The notes beneath the pieces are model-generated. The model was not told the origin of the DNA, searched no databases, and saw only the letters and a program-made list of their open reading frames with translations. 64,000 bases of DNA. Origin: Myxococcota bacterium. GTDB lineage: Bacteria > Myxococcota_A > UBA9160 > PR03. The stretch's first letter is position 1; each line of letters starts with the position of its first letter. Position numbers and translations under genes: made by a program. Of the stretch, positions 10,181 through 19,880 are shown one piece after another. Location: assembly GCA_041611735.1 (NCBI GenBank), contig JBFIML010000008.1, positions 32,001 through 96,000 on the forward strand, given 5' to 3'.

Positions 10181-11670
10181 CACTGGTCCAGGGCCTCCCG
10201 CAGCCGGCTCTCGGAGGCGATCAGGAAGGTGCCCGACGTGACGACGGGCTCCCCTTCCTCGAGCCCCGAGACGACCTCCACGTCCTCGCCGCTGCGCATC
10301 CCGGTGCGCACCTCCCGGGGCCGGAAGCGGCCTGCGTCGATCTGCACGAACACGAAGCTCCGGTCGCCGGCGTGGAGCACCGCCGACTGCGGTACCACCA
10401 GCCGCTCGCCCCGCTCGGCGCGCAGCCGCACCGTGACCCACATGTCGGGTCGGAGCTGGTGTTCCGGGTTGGGCAGCACGACGCGCAGGCGCAGGGTGCG
10501 CGTCGCCCCCACGAGCTGTGGATGGATGTAGGCGACGTTTCCCTTCCAGCTGCGATCCGGCTGGTGGGAAAGCGTCACCTCGGCGGGCTGCCCCACCTCG
10601 ACCAGCGGGATCTCGGACTCGTAGATCTCCGCCTCGATCCAGACCCGGTCGAGGGGTGCGATGCGGTAGAGGCGTTGGCCGGGCTCGACACTGCCGCCTT
10701 CCACCACGCCCTTCTCGGTCACGTAGCCGCTGGCGGGAGAGCGGATCGGCAGGTACTCGAGCGCCTCGCCGCCGCGCTCGAGGCGGGCGAGCTCCGCCGC
10801 CGACACGTCCCACAGCCGCAGGCGCTTGCGGGCCGAGTGCACCAGGTAGTCGGCCCGCTCGGGCGCGCCGGTCTCCCGTGCCCGCGCCTGGCTGCGCAGC
10901 GCCTGGAGGTACTCCTGCTGGGCCGCGTAGAGCTCGGGGCTGTAGAGGCGGAACAGGACGGCGCCGCGCTCCACGGGATCGCCCAGCGCGGCGACGCGCA
11001 GGTCGCCCACCCAGCCGCGCACCTTGAGGGAGACGTCCACCAGGGCCGTCTCGTCGAACTCGACGCGGCCCGCGGCCCGCACCACCCGCTCCATGGGCTT
11101 GCGGGCGGCCGGCGTCGTGCGCACCCCCACGCGCTGGAGACGCTCGGGCGCGAAGGAGACCTCTGGCGCTCCGGTCGGTCCCGGGGAGCCGGCCGGCGGC
11201 CCGCCGGCCGGGCCTCCGGGGGGGGTGAGCTGCAGGCCGCGCGTCCCCACCAGGAGGGATGCCTCCGCCCGGACCCCGCTGCCCGCGGGCGTCCGGGCGC
11301 TGAGCTCCACCTGCCAGCTGCCACCCATGTCCAGCTCGAAGTCGGCCCGGTAGCGACCCTCGCCGCGGGCCTGCACCCGGGCCGGACCGCCCATGGCCGG
11401 CATGCTGCCCATGGCGTGCATGTGGACCTTGACGCCCAATTCCGCGTCCTCGATCGGCCTGTCCTCCGCGTCCCGCAGCTCGACCCACAGCCGGTTCTCG
11501 CCCACGCGCGGGACGGCCGGCTCGACGGCGACGCGCAGCTCGAGACCCGGGGAGACGACCCGCACGGGCTCCGAGCGGGAGCCCCCGCACGCGAGGGCCA
11601 GTCCGAGCAGCAGCGCGGCCGCCCAAGCGCCCCGGTCGGGATTCGCCCCGTGGAAGCTTCCAGCTCGCAT
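10177..11670 (-). CDS. cusB: CusB-type RND periplasmic adaptor with N-terminal YtkA/FixH-like domain
   Basis: YSPELYAAQQEYL, IRSPASGYV, LRPDMWV, GTFLIASESRL; N-domain with HMHAMGSMPAM. Confidence 0.88.
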   Translation of the reverse strand: MRAGSFHGANPDRGAWAAALLLGLALACGGSRSEPVRVVSPGLELRVAVEPAVPRVGENRLWVELRDAEDRPIEDAELGVKVHMHAMGSMPAMGGPARVQARGEGRYRADFELDMGGSWQVELSARTPAGSGVRAEASLLVGTRGLQLTPPGGPAGGPPAGSPGPTGAPEVSFAPERLQRVGVRTTPAARKPMERVVRAAGRVEFDETALVDVSLKVRGWVGDLRVAALGDPVERGAVLFRLYSPELYAAQQEYLQALRSQARARETGAPERADYLVHSARKRLRLWDVSAAELARLERGGEALEYLPIRSPASGYVTEKGVVEGGSVEPGQRLYRIAPLDRVWIEAEIYESEIPLVEVGQPAEVTLSHQPDRSWKGNVAYIHPQLVGATRTLRLRVVLPNPEHQLRPDMWVTVRLRAERGERLVVPQSAVLHAGDRSFVFVQIDAGRFRPREVRTGMRSGEDVEVVSGLEEGEPVVTSGTFLIASESRLREALDQW

Positions 11671-11684
11671 GCTCTTGCTCCCCC

Positions 11685-13079
11685 TCACGGCAGGGTCGGG
11701 AGCGCGCCCGTGGCCCGCTCGATCTCGGCCCGGCGTCGGCTCACGCCCGCCAGCGCCTCCTCGTAGCCGAGCTCCGCCTCCAGCAGGTTGCGCTCCGACT
11801 CGATCAGCTCCAGGAACCCGTTGCGCCCGGTTTCGAAGCCGGCGCGCGCCGCCTCCAGCTGGTCGCGCGCCGCCGGCAGCAGTCGGTCGCGATGGATCGC
11901 GAGTACGCGACGCGCCTCGTCCAGCCGGTCGAGGGCGCTGCGAACCCCGAAGCGCACCTCGTCCTCCACGCTCTCTCGCTGCTGCTGCGCCTGCTGGAGC
12001 AGGGCCTTCGACTCGTCCAACGCCGCACGGCGACGCGCCAGGCGCAACGGCACGTTCACGGCGATGCCCACCATGGGACGCACGTCCCGCTCGGGCATCA
12101 TCCCGTTGTAGGCTCCCATCAGCGTGAAATCCGGCAGGAACTCCCGTTCCGCCAGGGCGACCGCCGCCTCCCGCGAGCGGACCCGGGCCTGGGCGGCGAG
12201 CAGCTCGGGCCGCCGGGCCAGGGCGCGCGCCAGGGGTCCCTCCGCGTCGGCCTCCGGCTCTCCGTCGAGCTCCAGGCTCGCCGGTGGCGGCGGAAGCGGT
12301 CGCTCCGCACGACGATGCAGCAGCAGGTTGATCTGCTCCGCGGTCACCCGGTGGGCGGTTTCGAGCAACACGTCCTCGCGCAGGCGCCGGGCCAGCTCCA
12401 CCTCGGCCTGCAGGGGATCCTGCTGGGAGGCGTCCCCTGCCTCGTAGCGGGCGGCGGCGATGCGCTGCAGCTCGCGCAGCAGCTCCACGTGCTCCGCGTT
12501 GATGGCGCGCGCGCGCGTGGCCACGTAGTAGTCGTCGAAGAGCAGGGAGGCCATGGTGGCGAGCCCGAGTCGCACGGCCTCGAAGTCGTGGCTCGCGGCC
12601 TCCGCCTCGGCCAGGGCGACCTGGCCGCGCAGGGTGAGCTTCCCGGGAAACGGCAGCACCTGGCTGAGCTCCACCTGATGGGCGTCGTCCACCATGCGCG
12701 AGCCGAAGGACGTGGGCGAGACGCCGTAGCCGAGCATCGGATCGTCCAGGGAGACCTGCTGGGGATAGCGGGCCAACGCCGCGCGCCAGGCCTGGCGTGC
12801 CGCGTGCAGGGTGGGGTTGCGGCGCAGCACCTCCGCCACCAGCGTGGTCCGCTCGAGGAAGGGCGCGCCCGCGAAGCGGTCGTCCTCGGCCGACGGGGTC
12901 GAGGTCGGGGCGGTCCGTTGCCACTGCTCCTGCAGGTTGCCGTAGCGGGCGCGCAGCCCGAGCCCTGCACAACCGGCCAGCAGCGCCGGGGCCAGGACCA
13001 CCAGCGTGGCAAGCCTCCGGCGTGGGCGCGGGGCGCCGTTGCGGATCGGAAAGACGGTCACGATCGGACACCTCGTCAC
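11685..13079 (-). CDS. TolC/CusC-family outer membrane factor
   Basis: Lipobox LLAGC; LSQVLPFPGKL and FLPDFTL helical repeats; first gene of the RND operon. Confidence 0.9.
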   Translation of the reverse strand: MTRCPIVTVFPIRNGAPRPRRRLATLVVLAPALLAGCAGLGLRARYGNLQEQWQRTAPTSTPSAEDDRFAGAPFLERTTLVAEVLRRNPTLHAARQAWRAALARYPQQVSLDDPMLGYGVSPTSFGSRMVDDAHQVELSQVLPFPGKLTLRGQVALAEAEAASHDFEAVRLGLATMASLLFDDYYVATRARAINAEHVELLRELQRIAAARYEAGDASQQDPLQAEVELARRLREDVLLETAHRVTAEQINLLLHRRAERPLPPPPASLELDGEPEADAEGPLARALARRPELLAAQARVRSREAAVALAEREFLPDFTLMGAYNGMMPERDVRPMVGIAVNVPLRLARRRAALDESKALLQQAQQQRESVEDEVRFGVRSALDRLDEARRVLAIHRDRLLPAARDQLEAARAGFETGRNGFLELIESERNLLEAELGYEEALAGVSRRRAEIERATGALPTLP

Positions 13080-13154
13080 TCGGCGTCGGACGGCACGGGA
13101 GCCGCACCGATGCCGTGGCGGAAAGCGCGCTTCGCTAGTGGGACGAGGTGTGGA

Positions 13155-13529
13155 TCAGAGACGCAGGACGACGCTGGCGAGGCCGTCCGCGGAGGCTGGC
13201 TGCCCGATCGGATGCCCTGGCCGATCTCCACCCGGGAGGGCTGCGGGAGACAGGGCGATCGGGCTCCAGGTGGGCGCGGGAGGCGTCGCGGTGGGTGCCT
13301 GGGATTGCAGCGCCGCCGGGGCCACCAGGCAGCCGGACGGCACCAGGCAGGGGCAGGCGTCCGCCACGCTCTCGTGGGCGCAGGCAACGGGACCCTCGCA
13401 GCAGGACGGGCCGGCCAGGGTGGGAGCGGCCGCGGCGGCCAGGCCAAGCGCGAGAGCGGCCAGCAGCAGCCAGCCGGACCGCGTGCGCCAAGGCGATCGT
13501 GCGCGCCAGGGGGATCGCTGCGACACCAT
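13155..13529 (-). CDS. Cys-rich exported small protein / putative leader ORF of the cus operon
   Basis: Signal peptide, CCEGPVAC..CPC..GC, Pro-rich linker, ends ASVVLRL; immediately upstream of the OMF gene. Confidence 0.55.
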   Translation of the reverse strand: MVSQRSPWRARSPWRTRSGWLLLAALALGLAAAAAPTLAGPSCCEGPVACAHESVADACPCLVPSGCLVAPAALQSQAPTATPPAPTWSPIALSPAALPGGDRPGHPIGQPASADGLASVVLRL

Positions 13530-13631
13530 AAGGCTCAATTACGTCCTCGCCGAAGGCTTGTCAACGCGGACCCACCCAGGGGTCCTTCGGATGCCGGATC
13601 GGCCCGCTTGAGGATCCCCAGGGGCGGCCTG

Positions 13632-14477
13632 TCAGGCGAAGCTGCGCATCAGCTCGGCGTGCTGGTCGAGGCGCGGCAGGATCGCGTCACGGCCCTCCGA
13701 GGGCAGCGCGAAGATCGCCCGCTGCACCCCGGCCCGCACGTAGCGCTCGAGCTGTGCCTTGTCGGGCGCCGCTCCATAGAGGCTGACCGAGATCGATTCC
13801 GGGTCGCGCCCCGCCCGCTCCGCGCGTCGGCGCAGGTCCACCAGGTCGTCCTCGAGCCGGGGGCTGAGCGGCGCGATGGGCAGGTAGCCGTCGCAGTACT
13901 CCACCACCTTGCGCCGCGCCCCGGGTGTGTTGCCTCCCAGGAGCACCGGCGGGTGCGGCTTCTGCATCGGCTTCGGCCACGACCAGATGCGCTCGAAGCG
14001 CACCAGCTCTCCCTGATAGCTGGCCTCCTCCTCGGTCCAGATCCGCTTCATGGCCAGCAGCTTCTCGCGCACCGCCTGCCAGCGCTTCTCGAAGGGGACG
14101 CCGTGGTTCTCCATCTCCTCGGCGTTCCAGCCGCCGCCGATTCCGAACAGGAAGCGCCCGTTCGAGAGCTGGTCCAGGGAGGCGACCTCCTTGGCCGTGG
14201 TGATCGGATCGCGCTCCACCACCAGGCAGATGCCGGTTCCCACCCGCAGGCGTTGCGTGGCGGCGGCGGCGGCCATCAGCGCCACGAACGGATCGTGAGT
14301 GTGCCAGTACTCCTTCGGGAGCGAAGCGCCGCCGGGCCACGGCGTGCGGCGCTCGGCGGGGATGTGGGTGTGCTCGGGGAACCACAGCGACTCGAAGCCG
14401 CGTTCCTCGCAGGCCCGGGCCAGCTCGTCGGGCCGGATCGCGTAGTCGGCCGGGAACATGACGATGCCGAAGTCCAC
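13632..14477 (-). CDS. LLM-class (probable F420-dependent) oxidoreductase
   Basis: GFESLWFPEHTHIP, DPFVALMAAAAAT, GRFLFGIGGGWN, PKPMQKPHPP. Confidence 0.88.
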   Translation of the reverse strand: MDFGIVMFPADYAIRPDELARACEERGFESLWFPEHTHIPAERRTPWPGGASLPKEYWHTHDPFVALMAAAAATQRLRVGTGICLVVERDPITTAKEVASLDQLSNGRFLFGIGGGWNAEEMENHGVPFEKRWQAVREKLLAMKRIWTEEEASYQGELVRFERIWSWPKPMQKPHPPVLLGGNTPGARRKVVEYCDGYLPIAPLSPRLEDDLVDLRRRAERAGRDPESISVSLYGAAPDKAQLERYVRAGVQRAIFALPSEGRDAILPRLDQHAELMRSFA

Positions 14478-14518
14478 GGAGACCCTCCGTCCTCCCCCCC
14501 CTCGCAGCATGGAGGCGA

Positions 14519-15748
14519 TCAGGTCTTGCGGTCAAGCTGCTGCCGGACGAGCTGCTGGCGTCCTCCGCTTCGCAGCGCCCGGGCCGCCTCGACCAGCTCG
14601 AGGGTGCGCTCGGTGAGGCCGGGCCAGCGATGTTCCGCCTCCAGCACCTCCCGGCCGCCGCGGCCCAGGGCCCGGGCCAGCTCGGGCTGGTCGAGCAGGG
14701 CGCGGATGCCGTCGGCCAGGTCGTCGGGGGTCGCCTCGCGGTCGAGCAGCCAGACGGAGCGGCCGTCCGCGAGGCCGTCCACCACCCCGGCGCGCGCCAC
14801 GATGGGGCGGGCGGCCTCCATGTACTGCAGCAGCTTGATGGGGAAGCCGCCCGGGCGCCGCCGCGGCAGCACGGTCACGGCCGCGGCGAAGCAGAGCGCC
14901 CGCGCCTCGTCGGGATTCCCCACGTGCACGGTGAGCAGCGGCTGCGGCGCCTCGTAGGGGGAGTGGGTCGCCACGGCCACCAGCACGTCCAGCCGTTCGG
15001 CGGCGGCGGCCAGATCGTCGAGATCCTGGTAGCGGTCCAGGTTCCCGGCGTAGAGCACGAAGCGGCCCGGTGTCAGGCCGTGCTCGCGGCAGATGGCGGC
15101 GGTGGCCCGGGCGGTGGGCGGCGGACTCGGCTCGAGGCCCGGCGGGATGCAGGCGACGCGCCCGCGGGCCGTGGTGCGTAGCACGCGCTCCGCCGCCCGG
15201 GAGAGCACCTGCACCGCGTCGGCACGGCGGGCGAGCATGCGGTCCAGGTAGCGGCCCAGGCGCTCCAGGGGCCGGGCCAGGGCGTAGGGTCCGTAGGCGG
15301 GCAGCTCCGGGCCCAGCAGCGTATGCGCCACGTAGACCACCGGGAAGCGCGTCACGACGCGGGCCGCCAGGGCGGCCAGGGCCGCCTCTGCGTTGTGGGC
15401 GAGCACCGCGTGGAAGCGGTCCCGCCGCTGATGCCCGATCAGCTTCGCGACCAGCGCGGCGTCGGCGAAGGGCTTGCGGAAGCTCGGCCCCGAAGCGAGT
15501 CGCCGCGGCGAAAGGCGCGGGTCGGTGCGCACCACCTCCAGGTCCGGGGGGCCCGGGCCGGCGCCCCGGCCGTAGGTGAAGAGGGTCACGCGCGCTCCGG
15601 CCGCCATCAGGGCGCGGGCCTGGGCTTCGAAGAAGGCCTGGGAGCCCTGGGGCAGCGGGAAGGGAAAGGCGCCCACCAGCGCCAGGTGCAGGGCCTTTGC
15701 CCGGATTGCGGGCAGGGGCGGCTGCGGCGCGCGCTGGGGCTGCACCAA
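14519..15748 (-). CDS. Glycosyltransferase family 4
   Basis: YAGNLDRYQ, GFPIKLLQYMEAARPIV. Confidence 0.85.
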   Translation of the reverse strand: MVQPQRAPQPPLPAIRAKALHLALVGAFPFPLPQGSQAFFEAQARALMAAGARVTLFTYGRGAGPGPPDLEVVRTDPRLSPRRLASGPSFRKPFADAALVAKLIGHQRRDRFHAVLAHNAEAALAALAARVVTRFPVVYVAHTLLGPELPAYGPYALARPLERLGRYLDRMLARRADAVQVLSRAAERVLRTTARGRVACIPPGLEPSPPPTARATAAICREHGLTPGRFVLYAGNLDRYQDLDDLAAAAERLDVLVAVATHSPYEAPQPLLTVHVGNPDEARALCFAAAVTVLPRRRPGGFPIKLLQYMEAARPIVARAGVVDGLADGRSVWLLDREATPDDLADGIRALLDQPELARALGRGGREVLEAEHRWPGLTERTLELVEAARALRSGGRQQLVRQQLDRKT

Positions 15749-15751
15749 CGG

Positions 15752-16525
15752 CTAGTCGCTCGACCCGGAGGCCGGGTCGGGTAGCGGCGGGCCCGGGCGG
15801 GCCTGCGCCGTTCGGGCCGGGATCTCGGGGCGCCTGAGCTCCCGGTAGAGCAGGGCGAGCTCGGCCAGGGCACGCACGATGACGCGCGGGCGCGCGCCCT
15901 TGGCGCGTCCGGCCCGGCGTGGGCGGTGGCTCACGGGCACCTGGTGGATGCGGAAGCCGGCCCGCTGGGCGCGCACCAGCAGCTCCGTGTTCACGAAGGC
16001 CCCGATCGAGGCGATCGGGAGGGCCTCCAGCACGGGCGCCCGGAACACCTTGAAGGCGCAGTCGATGTCGCGTACGCGCAGGCCGAAGAGCGTGCCCACG
16101 AGGGCGCCCCAGACCGCTGCGATGAGCCGGCGCCGCCACGGGTCGCGCCGCGGGGCCCGATAGCCGGCCACGATGTCGAAGCGCTCCGCCTGCTCCAGCA
16201 GCCGGGCCAGCTCCTCCAGGTCGAACTGCAGGTCCGCGTCGCTGAAGAAGACCAGCTCGCCTCGCGCCGCACGCAGCCCCGAGCGCAGGGCGGCTCCGTA
16301 TCCCACGTTGGTGGGATGGCGCAGCAGCCGGACCCGCGGCTCGCTGCGCTTGCGGGCGGCGACGATCTCGGCGCTGCGGTCGCGGCTGCCGTCGTCCACC
16401 ACGATGATCTCGAAGTCGCTGGCCAGGCGGGGGGCGAGCGCCAGGGCCCCGTCCAGGAGCGGGCCCACGTTGGCCTCTTCGTCGAAGACCGGGAATACCA
16501 GCGAGAGGGCGGGCCGATGGGTCAT
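15752..16525 (-). CDS. Glycosyltransferase family 2 (polyprenol-phosphate glycosyltransferase-like)
   Basis: VFPVFDEEAN, VDDGSRD, NVGYGAAL, FSDADLQ, RDIDCAFK. Confidence 0.9.
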   Translation of the reverse strand: MTHRPALSLVFPVFDEEANVGPLLDGALALAPRLASDFEIIVVDDGSRDRSAEIVAARKRSEPRVRLLRHPTNVGYGAALRSGLRAARGELVFFSDADLQFDLEELARLLEQAERFDIVAGYRAPRRDPWRRRLIAAVWGALVGTLFGLRVRDIDCAFKVFRAPVLEALPIASIGAFVNTELLVRAQRAGFRIHQVPVSHRPRRAGRAKGARPRVIVRALAELALLYRELRRPEIPARTAQARPGPPLPDPASGSSD

Positions 16526-18156
16526 TCCAGGTACCCGAGAGCCCGGAGCCGCGCCGCCACCCGGGCCTCCTGGTCCGGGGTGTAGGCCCGGACGGGTGAG
16601 GCGCCGTCGGCCGGGTCGCCCCCTGCCGGCACGCCGAGGGCGGCAAGCAGCGCCGGGGCCACGTCTACGATGGAGGCGGGCAGCGGCCCGCCCGGCTGCG
16701 GGTCGCTGGCGATCAGGATCCCATCGGACCGGTGGGTGCCGTTCATGCCACGTCCCCGGCCCCCGGCGAGCTCGTCGTCGGCCAGGGTGTACACGGCGGG
16801 GCGTTGCGGCTCGCTCCAGGGCGTCGGCACCAGGGAGTGGGCATAGCCCTCCTCGAGGCCGAGCTCCACCACCACGTCGGGCGCCCGGTCGCTGCAGGGA
16901 CCGCGGTGCACCTCCTCGCGCCGCCGGGCCCGGGCCACCACCGGCCCGCCCCCGGGCAGCTTCCAGTCGAGCAGGGCTTCGATCACCTCGCCGCGCACGC
17001 GTTCGTAGTCCCGGGGCGCCACGCAGCCGGCCGCCTCGCGCCCGCGCAGGTTGATCCACACGCCGGGCTGGGTGTTGACCTCCTCGGAGAAGGCCGCCGT
17101 GCGGCTCCAGTCGAGGCCGCCGAAGCGCGCCGCGCTCTCGAGCCGCGCCGCGGGGCTCGGCAGGCGCCGGAAGATCGCCTGGGTGAGGCGCGGCGGGAGG
17201 GCCCGCAGCGCCGCGTCCCGGGCGCGCCGGGCGGCCGCGTCGAGCGCGCCGCCCGGCCGGCGCGTCAGCAGCCCGCAGTCGGCCAGGCGCCGGTTCAGGT
17301 GCACCACGCGGCGCGAGGCGCCGCCGCTGCCGTGATCCGAGACGACCAGGCAGAGCGCCTCCTCGCCGAAGGCCCCACGTAGCTCCCCCGCCGCCGCGTC
17401 GAGCCGTTCGTAGACGGCCGTCACCGCGCCCCGTCGCAGCGGGCTCGCCGCCGGGTCGTGGCGAGGCGAGGCGGGGTCGTGGTCGCGCCAGAAGTGGTGG
17501 GCCACCGTGTCGCTCTCCGAGAAGACCACCACGGCCAGCTCCGGCCGCCGTCCTTCCCCGGTGAGCCGGCGCAGGGCCTCGCTTGCGAAGGCCGTCTTGC
17601 GCTCGATCCGGGCCAGCAAGGTCGGGAGCGCGCGTTCGTGCCAGCCCTCCGGATGGCGGGTCTCGTCCAGGTCGGCGCGCATCCAGGGTCCGACGCGCTC
17701 TGCCACCGCCCGGTACAGGGCCGGATCGCTGGCGGAGCCGGCATCGGTGGCGGCGGAGACCGGGGCGTCGAAGCCCGGCACCAGCAGCCCGTCCAGGGGC
17801 TGCGGCGGGAAGCTGGCGGGAACGCCGAGACACAGGACGCGGCAGCCGGCCTGGGAGGCCCGGCCGGGGAACGAAGCGCCCCGGCGGTGGGTCGCGTTCA
17901 GGAAGGTGATCCGGTAGGCGCCGGGCTGCTTCTGGGTGAAGTCGAAGATGCCGTGGTGAGCGGGCTCGAGCCCGGTCAGGAACGAGGACCAGGCCGGGAA
18001 GCTCATGGGGGGGGTCGTGCTGGCCAGCGGCCGTGCCGCGCCCTCCGCCATCCAGCGCGCCAGGTGGGGCAGTCGTCCCGCCGCCGCCAGCGGACGCAAG
18101 ACGTCGAAGGTGGCGCCGTCCAGACCGATCACCAGCACCGGACGCCGGACGGCCAC
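16522..18156 (-). CDS. Alkaline phosphatase superfamily / nucleotide pyrophosphatase-phosphodiesterase
   Basis: [46 protein letters not shown]. Confidence 0.88.
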   Translation of the reverse strand: MAVRRPVLVIGLDGATFDVLRPLAAAGRLPHLARWMAEGAARPLASTTPPMSFPAWSSFLTGLEPAHHGIFDFTQKQPGAYRITFLNATHRRGASFPGRASQAGCRVLCLGVPASFPPQPLDGLLVPGFDAPVSAATDAGSASDPALYRAVAERVGPWMRADLDETRHPEGWHERALPTLLARIERKTAFASEALRRLTGEGRRPELAVVVFSESDTVAHHFWRDHDPASPRHDPAASPLRRGAVTAVYERLDAAAGELRGAFGEEALCLVVSDHGSGGASRRVVHLNRRLADCGLLTRRPGGALDAAARRARDAALRALPPRLTQAIFRRLPSPAARLESAARFGGLDWSRTAAFSEEVNTQPGVWINLRGREAAGCVAPRDYERVRGEVIEALLDWKLPGGGPVVARARRREEVHRGPCSDRAPDVVVELGLEEGYAHSLVPTPWSEPQRPAVYTLADDELAGGRGRGMNGTHRSDGILIASDPQPGGPLPASIVDVAPALLAALGVPAGGDPADGASPVRAYTPDQEARVAARLRALGYLE

Positions 18157-18160
18157 GCCG

Positions 18161-19171
18161 CTACCCGAGCTGCTCGACGATGGCGTCGGTGATGCGGTCC
18201 AGGTTCGCCTCGCCGCCCAGGTCGCGGGTGCGGTTGCGGGGCTCCGCCAGGGCGGCGTACACCGCGGCCTCGATGCGGCGCGCGGCCTCGGTCTCCTCCA
18301 GGTGTCGCATCATCTCCGCGGCCGAGAGGATCACGGCGCTGGGGTTGGCCAGCCGCTTGCCGGCGATGTCGGGAGCGCTGCCGTGCACCGCCTCGAAGAC
18401 GGCGCAGTCGTCGCCCACGTTCATGCCGGGCACCACCCCGAGGCCCCCCACCAGCCCCGCGCAGAGGTCCGAGAGGATGTCCCCGTAGAGGTTCTCGAGC
18501 AGCAGCACGTCGAAGCGGGCAGGGTCCCGCACCAGCTGCATGGCGCAGTTGTCGATGATCAGCTCCTCGTACTCGATCTCCGTGTGGTCGCGGGCCACCT
18601 TGCGGGCGCACTCGAGGAACAGGCCGTCCGAAAGCTTCATGATGTTCGCTTTGTGGACGGCCGTGACCTTGCGGCGCCCCTGGCGCTCAGCCAGGCGGAA
18701 GGCGTAGCTCGAGATGCGCAGGCAGGCGCGCTCCGTCACCACCTTCAGGCTCTCCACGATGCCGGGCGCCACCCGGTGCTCGAGGCCCGAGTAGAGCCCC
18801 TCGGTGTTCTCGCGCACCAGCACCAGGTCTACGTTCTCGAAGCGGGCGGGGACCGAGGGGATGGAGCGCACCGGGCGGACGCAGGCGTACAGATCCAGGC
18901 CCTGGCGCAGCTGTACGTTCGCGCTCCTGAAGCCGCCCCCGATCGGGGTGGTGACGGGACCCTTCAGGGCGACCCCGGTGCGGCGGATGGAGCGGAACAC
19001 CTCGTCCGGGACGGGGCTTCCGTACTTGGCGACCACCTCGGCGCCGGCCTCGACGCGCTCCCAACGGATCGGGACGCCGGCGGCCTCGAGGACCCGGAGG
19101 GCGGCCCCGGTCACCTCGGGCCCGATGCCGTCCCCGGAGATCAGGGTGATGGCGTGCGGCTGGCTCGACAC
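18161..19171 (-). CDS. Isocitrate/isopropylmalate dehydrogenase family (NAD-IDH-like)
   Basis: [49 protein letters not shown]. Confidence 0.9.
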   Translation of the reverse strand: MSSQPHAITLISGDGIGPEVTGAALRVLEAAGVPIRWERVEAGAEVVAKYGSPVPDEVFRSIRRTGVALKGPVTTPIGGGFRSANVQLRQGLDLYACVRPVRSIPSVPARFENVDLVLVRENTEGLYSGLEHRVAPGIVESLKVVTERACLRISSYAFRLAERQGRRKVTAVHKANIMKLSDGLFLECARKVARDHTEIEYEELIIDNCAMQLVRDPARFDVLLLENLYGDILSDLCAGLVGGLGVVPGMNVGDDCAVFEAVHGSAPDIAGKRLANPSAVILSAAEMMRHLEETEAARRIEAAVYAALAEPRNRTRDLGGEANLDRITDAIVEQLG

Positions 19172-19231
19172 TGGACTGGAATCCTCCTATATTCCGGCGC
19201 CTTGCGAACCCCCTGCGCGGAGAGCCCCGCC

Positions 19232-19876
19232 GTGAGCCTCGAGATCCTGTGCCGCAAGATCGGCATGACGCGCGTCTTCGATGAAGAGGGCCAGGCCCTG
19301 CCGGTGACGGTGCTCGAGGCCGGCCCGAACGTCGTCGTCCAGAAGAAGACCGAAGCAACCGATGGCTACAGCGCCCTCCAGCTCGGCTTCGCGGACTGCA
19401 AGCCACGCAACGTGACCCGCCCCCGGGCCGGCCACTTCCGCAAGGCCGGCAGCGAGCCCAGGCGCCACCTCAGCGAATGCCGCGTAACCCCCGAAGATGC
19501 CGAATCCTACCAGGTCGGCCAGGAAATCCGCTGCGACGTGTTCCAGAAGGGGCAGCGGGTGGACGTGATCGGCACCAGCAAGGGGCGCGGCACCGCGGGC
19601 GTCGTGAAGCGCCACAACTTCTCCGTGCACGGAGCCACCCACGGCACCCACGAGTACTTCCGCCACGGGGGGTCGATCGGCGCCAGCGCCTTCCCCTCCC
19701 GGGTCATCAAGGGCATGCGTATGCCGGGCCGTCACGGCAACTCCCGGGTCACCGTCCGCAACGTCGAGGTCGTCGGAGTCGACCGGGAGCGGAACCTGCT
19801 CCTGCTGCGCGGCGCCGTGCCGGGCCATCCCAACGGCCTGGTGCGCGTGCGCCCCGCCGTGGCCGTGCGCGGCTGA
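19232..19876 (+). CDS. rplC: 50S ribosomal protein L3
   Basis: KIGMTRVF..PVTVL..DGYSALQLG..VDVIGTSKGRG..HGGSIG..KGMRMPG..GAVPG. Confidence 0.95.
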   Translation: MSLEILCRKIGMTRVFDEEGQALPVTVLEAGPNVVVQKKTEATDGYSALQLGFADCKPRNVTRPRAGHFRKAGSEPRRHLSECRVTPEDAESYQVGQEIRCDVFQKGQRVDVIGTSKGRGTAGVVKRHNFSVHGATHGTHEYFRHGGSIGASAFPSRVIKGMRMPGRHGNSRVTVRNVEVVGVDRERNLLLLRGAVPGHPNGLVRVRPAVAVRG

Positions 19877-19880
19877 TCCC

